Made by a program: the position numbers and the translations under genes | Notes under the pieces: model-generated | The model's database searches: none | Told to the model about the DNA's origin: nothing | What the model saw: the letters and a program-made list of their open reading frames with translations, nothing else | NCBI GenBank assembly: GCA_964430475.1 | Contig: CAYSEQ010000001.1 | Location: 92,951-156,950 of the forward strand | DNA length: 64,000 nt | Direction of reading: 5' to 3' | Source of the DNA: an uncultured Gammaproteobacteria bacterium | Lineage (GTDB): Bacteria; Patescibacteriota; Microgenomatia; UBA8517 | Shown here: positions 8,644-18,101 of the stretch, in pieces | Layout: every line of letters begins with the position of its first letter | Position numbering within the stretch: the stretch's first letter is position 1

Positions 8644-9711
8644 ATGAGATTTCTACTTTTAATTTTCATTATATTATTGTCTTTCCTCATCATAAATAGG
8701 TTCCTACGAGTCCAAAAGGGAAAGATTCAACTGGATCGAGGTAGTTTACAAATCAGTATACAACGAGATTCCACTCAAACCCCTAGTGAAACAGTTTCAA
8801 AATCTAACCCGTTTGGGTTAATGATCCCTACTGTCTCAATTTCTGCCGATAAAAAAGTGGAAATAGCTAAAGAACTTGGAGTAACCTATTATAGACCCAA
8901 CGATATTAATCCGGTAAACATTGAGTGTTTGGAATGCGAGGAGGCAAAAAAAGCAGGTTTAAAACTTGTTCTTACAGTAAGAAATAACAAAGGCGCCCGT
9001 ACACCCTCGGAACCACCTCGAGATATTGAAGAATACAGAAATTTTGTATCAGAGGTTCTTGATAGATATAAGCCCTTCTTACTAGTTGTTGAAAATGAAC
9101 AGAACTCAGGACTTTTTTATACAGGAAGTGCGGAAGAATATTTAGAACAACTAAAAATAGCTTGTGAAGTAGCACACTCCAAAGGTTATAAGTGCACTGA
9201 TGGAGGTTTAGTAGGTTCTTTAGTCATATTACTTACTGCGGATTCCTACGAACAGGAAGGGAATCCTTCATATGCAGAAGAGTATCTGAAAAAGGCTCTT
9301 GACCCTAAAGATTATTCAAGGTTAATAAATTCCAAAAACACGCAAATCTACCGTAAGCAAATAGAGTTTGGAAGGAAAGTGCTTGCAGGCTACAAAAACG
9401 CGGGCGCAGATTATGTAAATTTTCATTGGTATTCGAGTTCTTCAGAGGCTTTTGTGGAAGCTGTAAATTTCTTTAAAAAAGCAACAGGACTTCCTGCATT
9501 AACAAATGAAATGGGACAGCAAGAAAATGTAGACCCTTCTCAGGTAACCGCAATAATGAAAAAGGTCACAGAATTAAATCTTCCCGTGGCTATTTGGTTT
9601 AGTGCAGATATACCTCTTCTAGGACAAGCAAGGGGGTTGGTAAATCCAGATGGAACTTTAAGAGAAAACGGAATTGCTTTTAAAAATTTTATTCAAGAAA
9701 ATTTCAAATAA
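8644..9711 (+). CDS. Secreted TIM-barrel glycoside-hydrolase-like protein (GH5-like catalytic pair)
   Basis: A signal peptide MRFLLLIFIILLSFLIINRFL. VVENEQN is a candidate acid/base NE(P) motif and ALTNEMGQ a candidate nucleophile Glu, about 130 aa apart as in clan GH-A. Confidence 0.4.
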   Translation: MRFLLLIFIILLSFLIINRFLRVQKGKIQLDRGSLQISIQRDSTQTPSETVSKSNPFGLMIPTVSISADKKVEIAKELGVTYYRPNDINPVNIECLECEEAKKAGLKLVLTVRNNKGARTPSEPPRDIEEYRNFVSEVLDRYKPFLLVVENEQNSGLFYTGSAEEYLEQLKIACEVAHSKGYKCTDGGLVGSLVILLTADSYEQEGNPSYAEEYLKKALDPKDYSRLINSKNTQIYRKQIEFGRKVLAGYKNAGADYVNFHWYSSSSEAFVEAVNFFKKATGLPALTNEMGQQENVDPSQVTAIMKKVTELNLPVAIWFSADIPLLGQARGLVNPDGTLRENGIAFKNFIQENFK

Positions 9712-9807
9712 CAAGTTGTCCTACACAACAAGAATCAATCTAAAACTTCTTCGTTAGCATATAAACTAAAACTGAAAAGTTAATTTAATTTTCAATTTAT
9801 TTAAAGT

Positions 9808-9932
9808 GGGGCGGATGAGACTTGCACTCATCATGCTAGCATTCCACGGCTGGATTTGAGACCATTACCCGCAGACTTTCATACAAGTAGGAGTACCCAC
9901 TTGTGACGGCAATCTAATGCCGTTTCGCCCCG
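9808..9932. ncRNA. Candidate structured small RNA of unknown class (GC-rich, multi-hairpin). Strand undetermined.
   Basis: A 125-nt GC-rich island between two convergent gene ends. The 5' GGGGCG pairs with the 3' CGCCCC. Internal hairpins are GAUGAG/CUCAUC (loop ACUUGCA), ACAAGU/ACUUGU, and ACGGCA/UGCCGU (loop AUCUAA). Confidence 0.35.
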
Positions 9933-9988
9933 TTGACATTAGAAAAAAACTATAAGCAAGCTTAATTATAACTCTAGTATTAAGTGTT

Positions 9989-10318
9989 TTAAGGAGGAAC
10001 AATAACGGAATATTTCACACACCTTAGATATCGATGAATCTCAATGTCAAAAATCTTAACTTCTTCTTCAACAAGACGTTTCTCCCCTATTTTAGGTGGA
10101 CAAGTTGCTTCAGGATCCAGCGAGACACCTTTTTCTTGGGATAGATTTCCCTTTGGATCTATATAAGTGCCTTCCCAGACAGTAAGTCTTTGAGGATTTT
10201 CAGCACTACAACCATTAATAAGGCCAACAAGCAATAATCCACTTAAGACTTTTTTAAGTGATTCGGTTCGATTATTGGTTTTTTCTCTTTCTAACATTTT
10301 GCTGAAATTTATTTTCAA
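9989..10318 (-). CDS. Small putative lipoprotein or secreted protein
   Basis: A 109-aa ORF. Its N-terminal hydrophobic segment ends in LINGC-SA (lipobox-like). Confidence 0.3.
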   Translation of the reverse strand: MKINFSKMLEREKTNNRTESLKKVLSGLLLVGLINGCSAENPQRLTVWEGTYIDPKGNLSQEKGVSLDPEATCPPKIGEKRLVEEEVKIFDIEIHRYLRCVKYSVIVPP

Positions 10319-10365
10319 AAGGCTTTAAAAATTTTTAAACTCTAACTTATGTAAAAATAAAATAG

Positions 10366-10439
10366 TGGGCACTGTTGGACTTGAACCAACGACCTCTGCA
10401 ATGTGAGTGCAGCGCTCTTGCCAACTGAGCTAAGTGCCC
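10366..10439 (-). tRNA. tRNA-Val (anticodon CAC)
   Basis: The reverse complement folds as a canonical cloverleaf: GGGCACT acceptor, GCTC/GAGC D-stem, anticodon stem CTGCA/TGCAG with loop CTCACAT, T-arm GTTGG-TTCAAGT-CCAAC and discriminator A. 74 nt, no encoded CCA. Confidence 0.85.
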
Positions 10440-10503
10440 CAGGTAATTTGATTTTTTTATTTTTAAAGGACTATTTTAGCACTTAACATTACTTTTTAAA
10501 AGA

Positions 10504-10532
10504 TTGACAATCTTATCATTTATCTTATAAAT
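10504..10532 (+). promoter_or_regulatory. Putative sigma70 promoter, TTGACA-16-TATAAAT, about 27 nt upstream of the guaB-like gene
   Basis: A consensus -35 hexamer and a near-consensus -10, read directly. Confidence 0.35.
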
Positions 10533-10558
10533 TAAATTGTCTTAAATTTTTTTAAATT

Positions 10559-11629
10559 ATGAACAATAACTTCCCTCTTGGGCTTTCCTTTGATGATGTT
10601 TTACTTATACCTCAATACTCCGAAATTGATTCACGTTCCGAAATAGATCTCTCAGTAAAACTTTCCAAAAGGTTATTGTTGAAAATCCCATTAATAAGTG
10701 CAAATATGAGTGATGTAACTGGAGTTAAAATGGCTGTTGCACTTGGAAAACTTGGTGGATTAGGTGTTATACCAAGATTTATACCAATAGACAAGGAGGC
10801 GGATATGGTATCAAAAGTTAAGAAAGAAAGAGTACTTGTTGGCGCTTCAGTGGGTTGTAAAGACTGGAAAGAAAGAGGGACTGCTTTAGTCTCTGCAGGC
10901 GCTGACGCTTTGTTCTTGGATGTTGCTCATGGACATTTAAAAAAAGCCTTAGAAGTCACAAGACTCTTGAAACAAGAGTTTGGCGAAAATGTAGATATAG
11001 TTAGTGGCAATGTAGCCACAAAAGAAGCCGCAGAAGATTTATTTTCAAACGGCGCCGATGTTGTGAAGGTAGGTGTCGGACCGGGATCAATTTGCACGAC
11101 AAGAATTGTTACAGGATGCGGTGTACCCCAAATTACAGCGATTTTAGAATGCTTTAAATCTGCAAAAAAATTTAAAAAAACCTTAATTGCAGATGGGGGA
11201 ACAAAAAACTCCGGTGATATCGTCAAGGCACTGGCAGCTGGTGCTCACGCAGTGATGATTGGCAACCAATTTGCAGGAACAGACGAGGCTAGCGGAAGAT
11301 TAATAAAAAGGAATGGAATTCTTTATAAAATGTATAACGCCTCCACATCTTACTCAGAGAAGAAAAATCACCTAAAAACTTCTGGAATGAAGTTGTCATC
11401 TAATTACATAAAACAAATTGAAGGCGTAGAATCGCTTGTGCCCTACAAAGGACCTTTAAAAGAAGTAGTTGAAAGAATGTTAGCTAACATCCGTTCAGGC
11501 CTTAGCTACTCGGGGTCAAAAAACATTGAAGAACTTCATTCAAAAGCACGTTTCTTAAAAATCACCCTCAATGGATTCAGAGAAAGCCTGCCACATGATG
11601 TAATCGTTCAGGAAAATCATTCTGGCTAA
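10559..11629 (+). CDS. IMP dehydrogenase/GMP reductase family protein (lacks the CBS subdomain)
   Basis: The N-terminus GLSFDDVLLIPQYSEI, the catalytic-Cys loop VGVGPGSICTTR and IADGG are all present. At 356 aa there is no room for the CBS pair. Confidence 0.8.
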   Translation: MNNNFPLGLSFDDVLLIPQYSEIDSRSEIDLSVKLSKRLLLKIPLISANMSDVTGVKMAVALGKLGGLGVIPRFIPIDKEADMVSKVKKERVLVGASVGCKDWKERGTALVSAGADALFLDVAHGHLKKALEVTRLLKQEFGENVDIVSGNVATKEAAEDLFSNGADVVKVGVGPGSICTTRIVTGCGVPQITAILECFKSAKKFKKTLIADGGTKNSGDIVKALAAGAHAVMIGNQFAGTDEASGRLIKRNGILYKMYNASTSYSEKKNHLKTSGMKLSSNYIKQIEGVESLVPYKGPLKEVVERMLANIRSGLSYSGSKNIEELHSKARFLKITLNGFRESLPHDVIVQENHSG

Positions 11630-11673
11630 TTTTTTATTTACAAGCTAAAATAGGTTTTATTTAAGTAAAATTT

Positions 11674-12231
11674 ATGTTAAAACGTCTAGGCGCATTTTTT
11701 TTGGACATCACAGAGGTAATCGTATTTGCAATTGCGATATTTTTATTTGTATACCTCTTAATTCTCCAACCTCATAAAATAAAAGGGCAATCAATGGAAC
11801 CCAATTTTTTCGACGGCGAATACTTATTAACTGAAAAGGTTAGCTACAGACTTAATGGACCCAAAAGAGGCGATGTAATCGTTTTTAAAGCACCAACTGG
11901 AAATGACGAGGAGTTTATCAAAAGAATCATCGGTCTACCTCAAGAAAAGGTCTCAATTAAGGATGGAAAGGTTTACATTAATGGGCATGTTCTTGAAGAG
12001 AACTACTTGCCTGGAAGTACCCAAACATTAGGCGGATTCTTCTTAAAAGAGGGAGAGGAAAAGGTCGTTCCTGAGGGATACTATTTTGTTTTAGGTGATA
12101 ATCGAAGCGCCTCATCTGATTCCCGTTCTTGGGGTTTTGTGGCTAAAGAAAAAATTACTGGTCGTGCATGGATTCTCTATTGGCCACCGCAAAAGGCCGG
12201 CATTGTTCCAAAAGTTAATTATTCCCTCTAA
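11674..12231 (+). CDS. lepB: Signal peptidase I
   Basis: The SPase I boxes are present: GQSMEPN (catalytic Ser), FIKRIIGLP (Lys box) and GDNRSASSDSRSWG. Confidence 0.8.
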   Translation: MLKRLGAFFLDITEVIVFAIAIFLFVYLLILQPHKIKGQSMEPNFFDGEYLLTEKVSYRLNGPKRGDVIVFKAPTGNDEEFIKRIIGLPQEKVSIKDGKVYINGHVLEENYLPGSTQTLGGFFLKEGEEKVVPEGYYFVLGDNRSASSDSRSWGFVAKEKITGRAWILYWPPQKAGIVPKVNYSL

Positions 12232-13091
12232 TTCCCCTTACCCGAAGTTATCAATTTAAAAAACCTCTGAAGCCTTTCTTCAGTCTCGTCTAAATTTCCT
12301 TTAAAGATTATTAGAATCCTTGTCTCTCTTCTGGAACGAATGAGTTTAAGAGTTGTTCTTTTGTCTGAGCTAACACTACCAGGTTTTGGTTGAAGAGCCC
12401 TTTCCATTTCTTCTTGCATTCTATCTATCTCTTTTGAAATAATTCTTAATTGATCAAGTCTCATTCCTCGCCTTGCGATTGGTTGTTTTGATTTCGCTTT
12501 CATCCTCCTTGCTAACTCTTCTGCTCTTCTTACCGACCCGGATTCCTTAAGAATTATCTTATATGCCTGAATCATTAAATCCACATCATCAATCGCAGCA
12601 AGAGCTCTCGCATGTCCTTCAGTAATCAAACCTGACAATATTCCATCCTTTAATGCGTCCGGTAATGTGAGAAGCCTTAAGGTGTTGGACACATAGGCAA
12701 CTGATTTACCTATCCTTGCAGCAATCTCACTTGCTGAAAGTCCAAACTCTGTTTGCAATCTCTCAAAACCTTTAGCTCTGTCAATTGGGTTTAAGTCAAC
12801 TCTCTGGACATTTTCGACTAAAGCCATCTCAAGCATGCCTTCTGGGGTGGTTTCTCTAATGATTGCTGGAACATGGGTTAAACCTGCAAGCCTTGCTGCT
12901 CGCCAACGTCTTTCACCGGCTATAATCTGATATCCAGCAGGCGTTTTTGCTACAACCAGAGGCTCCAAAATCCCATGCGCCTTTATTGAGTCAACTAAAT
13001 CAACTAGACTTTCCGGTGTAATCGCACCCCTGGGTTGCAAGGGATTAGGTTGAAGTTGATTAATATCTATTTGTACTACCTCATCTGCCAT
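12228..13091 (-). CDS. parB: ParB/Spo0J-family CTP-switch DNA-binding protein. It is an orphan: there is no adjacent parA.
   Basis: HGILEPLVV and the GERRWRAARLAG (GERRxRA) CTPase motif are followed by an HTH region. GC is higher than in neighbouring genes. Confidence 0.8.
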   Translation of the reverse strand: MADEVVQIDINQLQPNPLQPRGAITPESLVDLVDSIKAHGILEPLVVAKTPAGYQIIAGERRWRAARLAGLTHVPAIIRETTPEGMLEMALVENVQRVDLNPIDRAKGFERLQTEFGLSASEIAARIGKSVAYVSNTLRLLTLPDALKDGILSGLITEGHARALAAIDDVDLMIQAYKIILKESGSVRRAEELARRMKAKSKQPIARRGMRLDQLRIISKEIDRMQEEMERALQPKPGSVSSDKRTTLKLIRSRRETRILIIFKGNLDETEERLQRFFKLITSGKGN

Positions 13092-13131
13092 AAATTTAGG
13101 TTTTTTATTTTTGGAATTAAAGATATCTTAA

Positions 13132-13386
13132 TTAAGCGACATTGACTACCCTTTTATCCCCTCTTTTGACAAATTTAACAATACCTGAAACTACTGAATA
13201 AAGTGTATGATCTCTCCCTACTTTAACACCCTTTCCTGCTAAGAATTTAGTTCCTCTTTGCCTAACAAGAATAGACCCAGATCTAACTTTTTGTCCATTA
13301 GAAACCTTCACACCTAAAAACTTTGGTCTTGGTCGTGTATGTTGGGTAAGTTTTCCTCCTTGCTTCTTATGTGCCATATTCTCCAA
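13132..13386 (-). CDS. rpmA: 50S ribosomal protein L27
   Basis: MAHKKQGG...[18 protein letters not shown] is the canonical L27. Confidence 0.9.
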   Translation of the reverse strand: MENMAHKKQGGKLTQHTRPRPKFLGVKVSNGQKVRSGSILVRQRGTKFLAGKGVKVGRDHTLYSVVSGIVKFVKRGDKRVVNVA

Positions 13387-13506
13387 ATAATTAAATTCTT
13401 TTAAACCTAAATATCCTCACTGCCAATATAATTTAAATTTTCACGCATGTCAAGATAGCACTTTGATATACATATACATATTTTATTCAGCTTTGATTGA
13501 GAAATT

Positions 13507-13815
13507 TTAAGAAATATCCTCTATAAGAAGCCTGGTATATTGGGGTGTAAAGCCTCTAACCCTTCGGTAGCGAGATTTTGCCTTAAATTTTAAAACCCTG
13601 ATCTTTTTCCCGGGTTTTTCTCCCAAAATTTTAAATTTAACTTTGACATCGGAAATATTGGGCTTACCTATCTTAGGTACCGAATCTTTTACCAATAAAA
13701 GTACTTCAGGGGTTAATTCGCTTTCCTTTAATCTGGGCACGAGTATTTCTTCACCCCTTTTTACTTTGTATTGAAAGCCTTTAATTCTTATTACGGCATA
13801 AGTATTTTCTGCCAT
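13507..13815 (-). CDS. rplU: 50S ribosomal protein L21
   Basis: YAVIRIKGFQYKV at the N-terminus, with L27 immediately downstream in the conserved rplU-rpmA order. Confidence 0.85.
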   Translation of the reverse strand: MAENTYAVIRIKGFQYKVKRGEEILVPRLKESELTPEVLLLVKDSVPKIGKPNISDVKVKFKILGEKPGKKIRVLKFKAKSRYRRVRGFTPQYTRLLIEDIS

Positions 13816-13847
13816 TAGATTTATATTTTAGTATTTTTCAAATAATC

Positions 13848-14903
13848 TCACAAGCCCTTTCTGGAGTTAATAACTAAAGCTAGGGATATCACAGAACCTA
13901 AAAGAGCTGAACCGCCAGCCGAAACAAATGGTAATGGAATGCCAGTAATTGGGAATAAACCAACATTCATACCAATGTGAATAAGCGTTTGAGCAAAGAA
14001 TGAAAGCAGAACACCGGATACAAATGCACGTGCAATCAAATTTTTTGCTTTTTTCAAAATATCAGTCATCATGTATAAAATTATGAAAAGATCAGATAAA
14101 ACTAAGAAAGATCCCAAAAAACCAAGTTCTTCAGAAATGGAAGCAAAGATGAAGTCTGTATGTCTTTCTGGTAAAAAAAGTAATTGCGTTTGGACACCCT
14201 TTCCTAAACCCCTCCCAAAGATTCTTCCTGAACCAACAGCTATCATCGATTGAATACTATTATAACCTGCGCCTAAGGGATCTGAAAAAGGTTTTAAAAA
14301 AACAAGAATTCTTTCTTTCTGATAAGGTAAAAGTAAAAACCATATGAAAGGTAATAAAATTAAAAAGGCTAACAATCCTCCTAAAAAATGTATTTTTTTA
14401 ATATTTGAAGCCAAAAGTGTACCCAAAAATCCTGCTGCTAAAAGGAAAGCCACTCCAAGCGAGGGTTGTATTAATATAAGAAAGAAAGGTACGGCAAAAA
14501 AAAATAATAGTCTGACAAAATTTTTAAAATTGATTTCATTTTCTGTTGACATTTTCGCAAAGTGAATAATTAGAAAAGCCCTAACAATTTCGGATGGTTG
14601 GAGTGTTATAGGACCAATAGGAATCCAACGAATGGCTCCTCGGGTAATCTCACCTAGTAAAAGTGGAAGTACTAAAAGAAAAAGACTTAAAAAATAAAGA
14701 TGCTTAGAAAAAATGCTAAAAATTTCAAAATCTATTAAGAGAAAAATTAAAAAAATAACAATAGACAAAAAGATATAAAGATAATAGTTAGGAAATAAAA
14801 ATGGGGCAATTGAACGAAGTACAAAAATGCTAATGATGAAAAGCATTACTACGGAAAAAATAAGCAGATAATCTTGCTGGGTAAGTTTAAATATTTTCAA
14901 CAT
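13848..14903 (-). CDS. SEDS-family peptidoglycan glycosyltransferase (RodA/FtsW paralogue)
   Basis: GSGRIFGRGLGKGVQTQ..FLPE.HTDFIFA and PITGIPLPFVSAGGSA are SEDS signatures. Confidence 0.8.
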   Translation of the reverse strand: MLKIFKLTQQDYLLIFSVVMLFIISIFVLRSIAPFLFPNYYLYIFLSIVIFLIFLLIDFEIFSIFSKHLYFLSLFLLVLPLLLGEITRGAIRWIPIGPITLQPSEIVRAFLIIHFAKMSTENEINFKNFVRLLFFFAVPFFLILIQPSLGVAFLLAAGFLGTLLASNIKKIHFLGGLLAFLILLPFIWFLLLPYQKERILVFLKPFSDPLGAGYNSIQSMIAVGSGRIFGRGLGKGVQTQLLFLPERHTDFIFASISEELGFLGSFLVLSDLFIILYMMTDILKKAKNLIARAFVSGVLLSFFAQTLIHIGMNVGLFPITGIPLPFVSAGGSALLGSVISLALVINSRKGL

Positions 14904-14906
14904 CTT

Positions 14907-17900
14907 TCAAATCTTTTCTACTTTAAAATTCCCGATCAATAATTTTTGAGTTAAAGTTTTCCGCTTTATTTTTTGGATAAGTTCTTTACTCGTTGGTAAC
15001 CAAGGAGTATGTACTATAATGTTCTGATCAATTTTTATATTCATGTTTTTCCTTGCTAATTGAATTTTTCGTATTAAATCTCTAGATTTTGCTTCTTCCT
15101 CCAATTCCTCAGATATATCTAATAAAAGCGACACCCTTAAAAATCTTGAAGTATGTGATTTATCAGACTTAACTGAAAACCAATTTCCTTTTATTTTTAA
15201 GTTTTTGTAGTCCTTCGTAAAAAAAACTTCTTTCACATTTAGTTCAGTCTTTAATAAAGTATTATATTCCGACGGTTTATACATCTTCGCGGAGTCGTTA
15301 AACCAGTAGCACATAGCTTTCAGGGGTTGACGAACAGGAATGTTTTCCTTCTTACGAATACTATGCCCAAGCTCAACTAATTCTCTAACAATAGCCATCT
15401 GTTCAATCAACTTATATTCTTTTAGAGTTGGTTTTTGAGTCTTGGGCCAATTAGATAAATGAACAGACTTTTCTTTTGTAAGGTTTCTGTAAATTACTTC
15501 AGAAATAAATGGATTAAATGGGGCAAGAATTTTGCAAAGTGTAGTCAAGACAAAATAACAAGTCTCGTAAAAATTTTCAGCATCCCTTTTTGAAACCTTA
15601 TCAAAACCCGTTCTTTCACGCGATCTTCTTATGTACCAGTTAGAAAGATCTTCAACAAATTCTTCAATCTTATTACTTGCGCTAAATGCATCATATTCTT
15701 TCAATTTCTCTGTTACAATAAAGATAGTTTCTTTTAATCTTGCCCTAATCCACTTATCCAAGATATTTTGGCTTGTTTTTTTGGGTTTTAAACCTTTAGG
15801 TCTAAAACCGTCAAGATTTGCATAGGTGACAAAAAAGTTATAGACATTCCAAAGCTTGATGTGAAATCTTCTCCTTACTTCATCTGCCACTTTATATCCA
15901 AAAAGTAAATTTTCGCTAGGATTTTGCTTGACATACATCCAGCGCATCACATCCACACCAATTTTCTCAGCACCCTCATTAAATTCAATCATGTTGCCCC
16001 AACTTTTATGCATAGGCTTACCATCTTCGGCAAGTAATGTAGCAAAACCAAGCACATTCTTGAAAGGTTCGCGGTTTTCTAAAACCGCACTCATGGCTAT
16101 TAACGAATAAAACCAATTCTTAAACTGTCCCGGAAAACTTTCTGTTATAAAATCAGCAGGAAACCATTTTAGCCACTCTTTCCTATTTATTAGATAAAGC
16201 GGTTCACTTTTATTGTCTGAAGAAATTGTAGAAAAAGGAACTATTCCTGCGTCTAGCCAAGGATTACCTACATCAGGAATTCGTTCGCTTAATTCTCCAC
16301 ATCTTGAACACCTTATTTTAATCTCATCAATGAAAGGTTTGTGAGGACTGTGACCTTTGAAACTTTCCCAACCTTCGACTGCCCTTGTTTTTAACTCCTC
16401 TTTTCCTCCAATAACTTCAAAGTTGTTACATTTCTTACATTCCCAAATTGGAAGCGCCAAACCCCAATAACGATTTTTCTTTGATATTAACCAATCATGC
16501 ATATTTGTAAGCCAGTCTAACTCTCTTTTAAGACCAAATGAAGGTATCCAGTTAATCTTTCTAGCAACCCTTTTCATTGCTTCCCTTAAAGGATTAACGG
16601 CAATATACCACTCATCTGTGAGTTTAAACACAAGTTCCTTTTTACACCTCCAACAAACAGGATATCTATGCTTATATTTATCAACCTTATAAAGGTATTT
16701 TCCATTCTGATATTCTCTTAGATAATCAATGATCAAATGCGGTTCCTCTTTTGCATTCTTACCTGTTAAAAAGCCAAAATCAGGTAAGTAACTTGCATCA
16801 TCTTCTATTGCAGGGATTATCGGAAGATTAAGTTTTTCACCAAGTTTATGATCTTCTGCTCCGGTTCCAGTAGAGGTGTGGACAAGTCCGGTTCCCTCTT
16901 CTTCGCTTATCGGCATAATCCTTGGATCCGTCGCAATTACTTCATGAAATCCTTTTTCATTCTTGACCTTTAGAACCGCAGATAAGTTATCAAACGGGGT
17001 TTCGTACTTTAATCCCAAAAGACTCTCACCTTTTACTTCCTTTAAAACTTTTACATCTTTCGCAAAGACGCTTTTAACTAGTTTCTTGCCTATCCAAAAC
17101 TTATCCTTCCCATCGTATACAAGTTGGTAATCAGATTGAGGATTAACTGCGACCGCTATATTTGCAGGGACTGTCCAGGGGGTGGTTGTCCATATAAGTA
17201 AGAATTCATTTTCCCCACCCACAACAGGAAATTTCAGGTACAAAGATTCATGAGTCACTTCCCTGTAATCTTCAGTTAATATTTCATGTTCGGAAATAGC
17301 TGTTTGACAACGGGGGCACCAAGGTACAACATCACTCCCTTTATAGATTAAGCCTCTTTTGTGACATTCTTTAAGAAAATGCCAAATCATGTAATTATTT
17401 ACATCAGATAGAGTAAAGTAAGAATTCTCCCAATCCATAAAGTATCCTAGCCTTTTAGACTGATCAGTTTGGATTCTTGCATACTTAAACACTCTTTTCT
17501 TACACAACTCTACGAACTTAGCAATACTTGCTGTCCTATCACCAGGTACAAGGTTTTCAATATCCCGCTTACTTTTTAGTCCTAATTCTTTTTCAACTTC
17601 TACCTCAACCCAAAGTCCCTGACAATCAAAACCATTTTGAAATCTTTGCTTATAACCCAACATGTTATAAAACCTTTGCCAAAGATCTTTGTAAGTTCTT
17701 CCCCAAGCATGATGAACACCCATAGGATTGTTCGCAGTTATTGGTCCGTCCAAAAAGGAGAATATTTTTTTTGATTTTGCGTTTTTTCGAAGGTATTCTT
17801 TAACAACACCGCTTTTGTACCAATAATCCAATAATTTCCTCTCTAAATCTGGGAAACTAACTTTCGGGAAAACAGGAGTGAAGAAAGGCTTTATTTTGCT

Positions 17901-17954
17901 TTTTCTATCCATCATGAAGCTAATTTTACAATAGAATTGTTTAAATTTTAACAC
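14907..17954 (-). CDS. ileS: Isoleucyl-tRNA synthetase
   Basis: HHAWG (a HIGH variant), WTTTPWTVPAN (IleRS editing/CP1 signature), KMHKS (a KMSKS variant) and C-terminal CxxC zinc motifs. 1015 aa. Confidence 0.85.
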   Translation of the reverse strand: MLKFKQFYCKISFMMDRKSKIKPFFTPVFPKVSFPDLERKLLDYWYKSGVVKEYLRKNAKSKKIFSFLDGPITANNPMGVHHAWGRTYKDLWQRFYNMLGYKQRFQNGFDCQGLWVEVEVEKELGLKSKRDIENLVPGDRTASIAKFVELCKKRVFKYARIQTDQSKRLGYFMDWENSYFTLSDVNNYMIWHFLKECHKRGLIYKGSDVVPWCPRCQTAISEHEILTEDYREVTHESLYLKFPVVGGENEFLLIWTTTPWTVPANIAVAVNPQSDYQLVYDGKDKFWIGKKLVKSVFAKDVKVLKEVKGESLLGLKYETPFDNLSAVLKVKNEKGFHEVIATDPRIMPISEEEGTGLVHTSTGTGAEDHKLGEKLNLPIIPAIEDDASYLPDFGFLTGKNAKEEPHLIIDYLREYQNGKYLYKVDKYKHRYPVCWRCKKELVFKLTDEWYIAVNPLREAMKRVARKINWIPSFGLKRELDWLTNMHDWLISKKNRYWGLALPIWECKKCNNFEVIGGKEELKTRAVEGWESFKGHSPHKPFIDEIKIRCSRCGELSERIPDVGNPWLDAGIVPFSTISSDNKSEPLYLINRKEWLKWFPADFITESFPGQFKNWFYSLIAMSAVLENREPFKNVLGFATLLAEDGKPMHKSWGNMIEFNEGAEKIGVDVMRWMYVKQNPSENLLFGYKVADEVRRRFHIKLWNVYNFFVTYANLDGFRPKGLKPKKTSQNILDKWIRARLKETIFIVTEKLKEYDAFSASNKIEEFVEDLSNWYIRRSRERTGFDKVSKRDAENFYETCYFVLTTLCKILAPFNPFISEVIYRNLTKEKSVHLSNWPKTQKPTLKEYKLIEQMAIVRELVELGHSIRKKENIPVRQPLKAMCYWFNDSAKMYKPSEYNTLLKTELNVKEVFFTKDYKNLKIKGNWFSVKSDKSHTSRFLRVSLLLDISEELEEEAKSRDLIRKIQLARKNMNIKIDQNIIVHTPWLPTSKELIQKIKRKTLTQKLLIGNFKVEKI

Positions 17955-18101
17955 TCAGTGTGAGATTAATACATTCTAGTTTATCTCCTTTTTTAGAATA
18001 TTATCTTATGCTAACTTGCTAACACTAAATTTTAAATCTAACTTAAAGAATTAAAATAAAGACTAAAAACTGGGGATTGGACGTTTATGTATATACTTGC
18101 T

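Noticed and set aside
9808-9932. Assignment of the structured RNA to SRP RNA, 6S, tmRNA, RNase P or a hammerhead ribozyme
   Set aside because: I found no GGAAGCAGCC-type SRP helix-8 motif, no tRNA-like 3' domain, no CUGANGA...GAAA core, and it is too short for RNase P or tmRNA. It is kept only as an unclassified ncRNA candidate.
13387-13506. Possible small gene between rplU and rpmA, as in the Firmicutes rplU-ysxB-rpmA arrangement
   Set aside because: The 120-nt gap holds no ORF in any frame.
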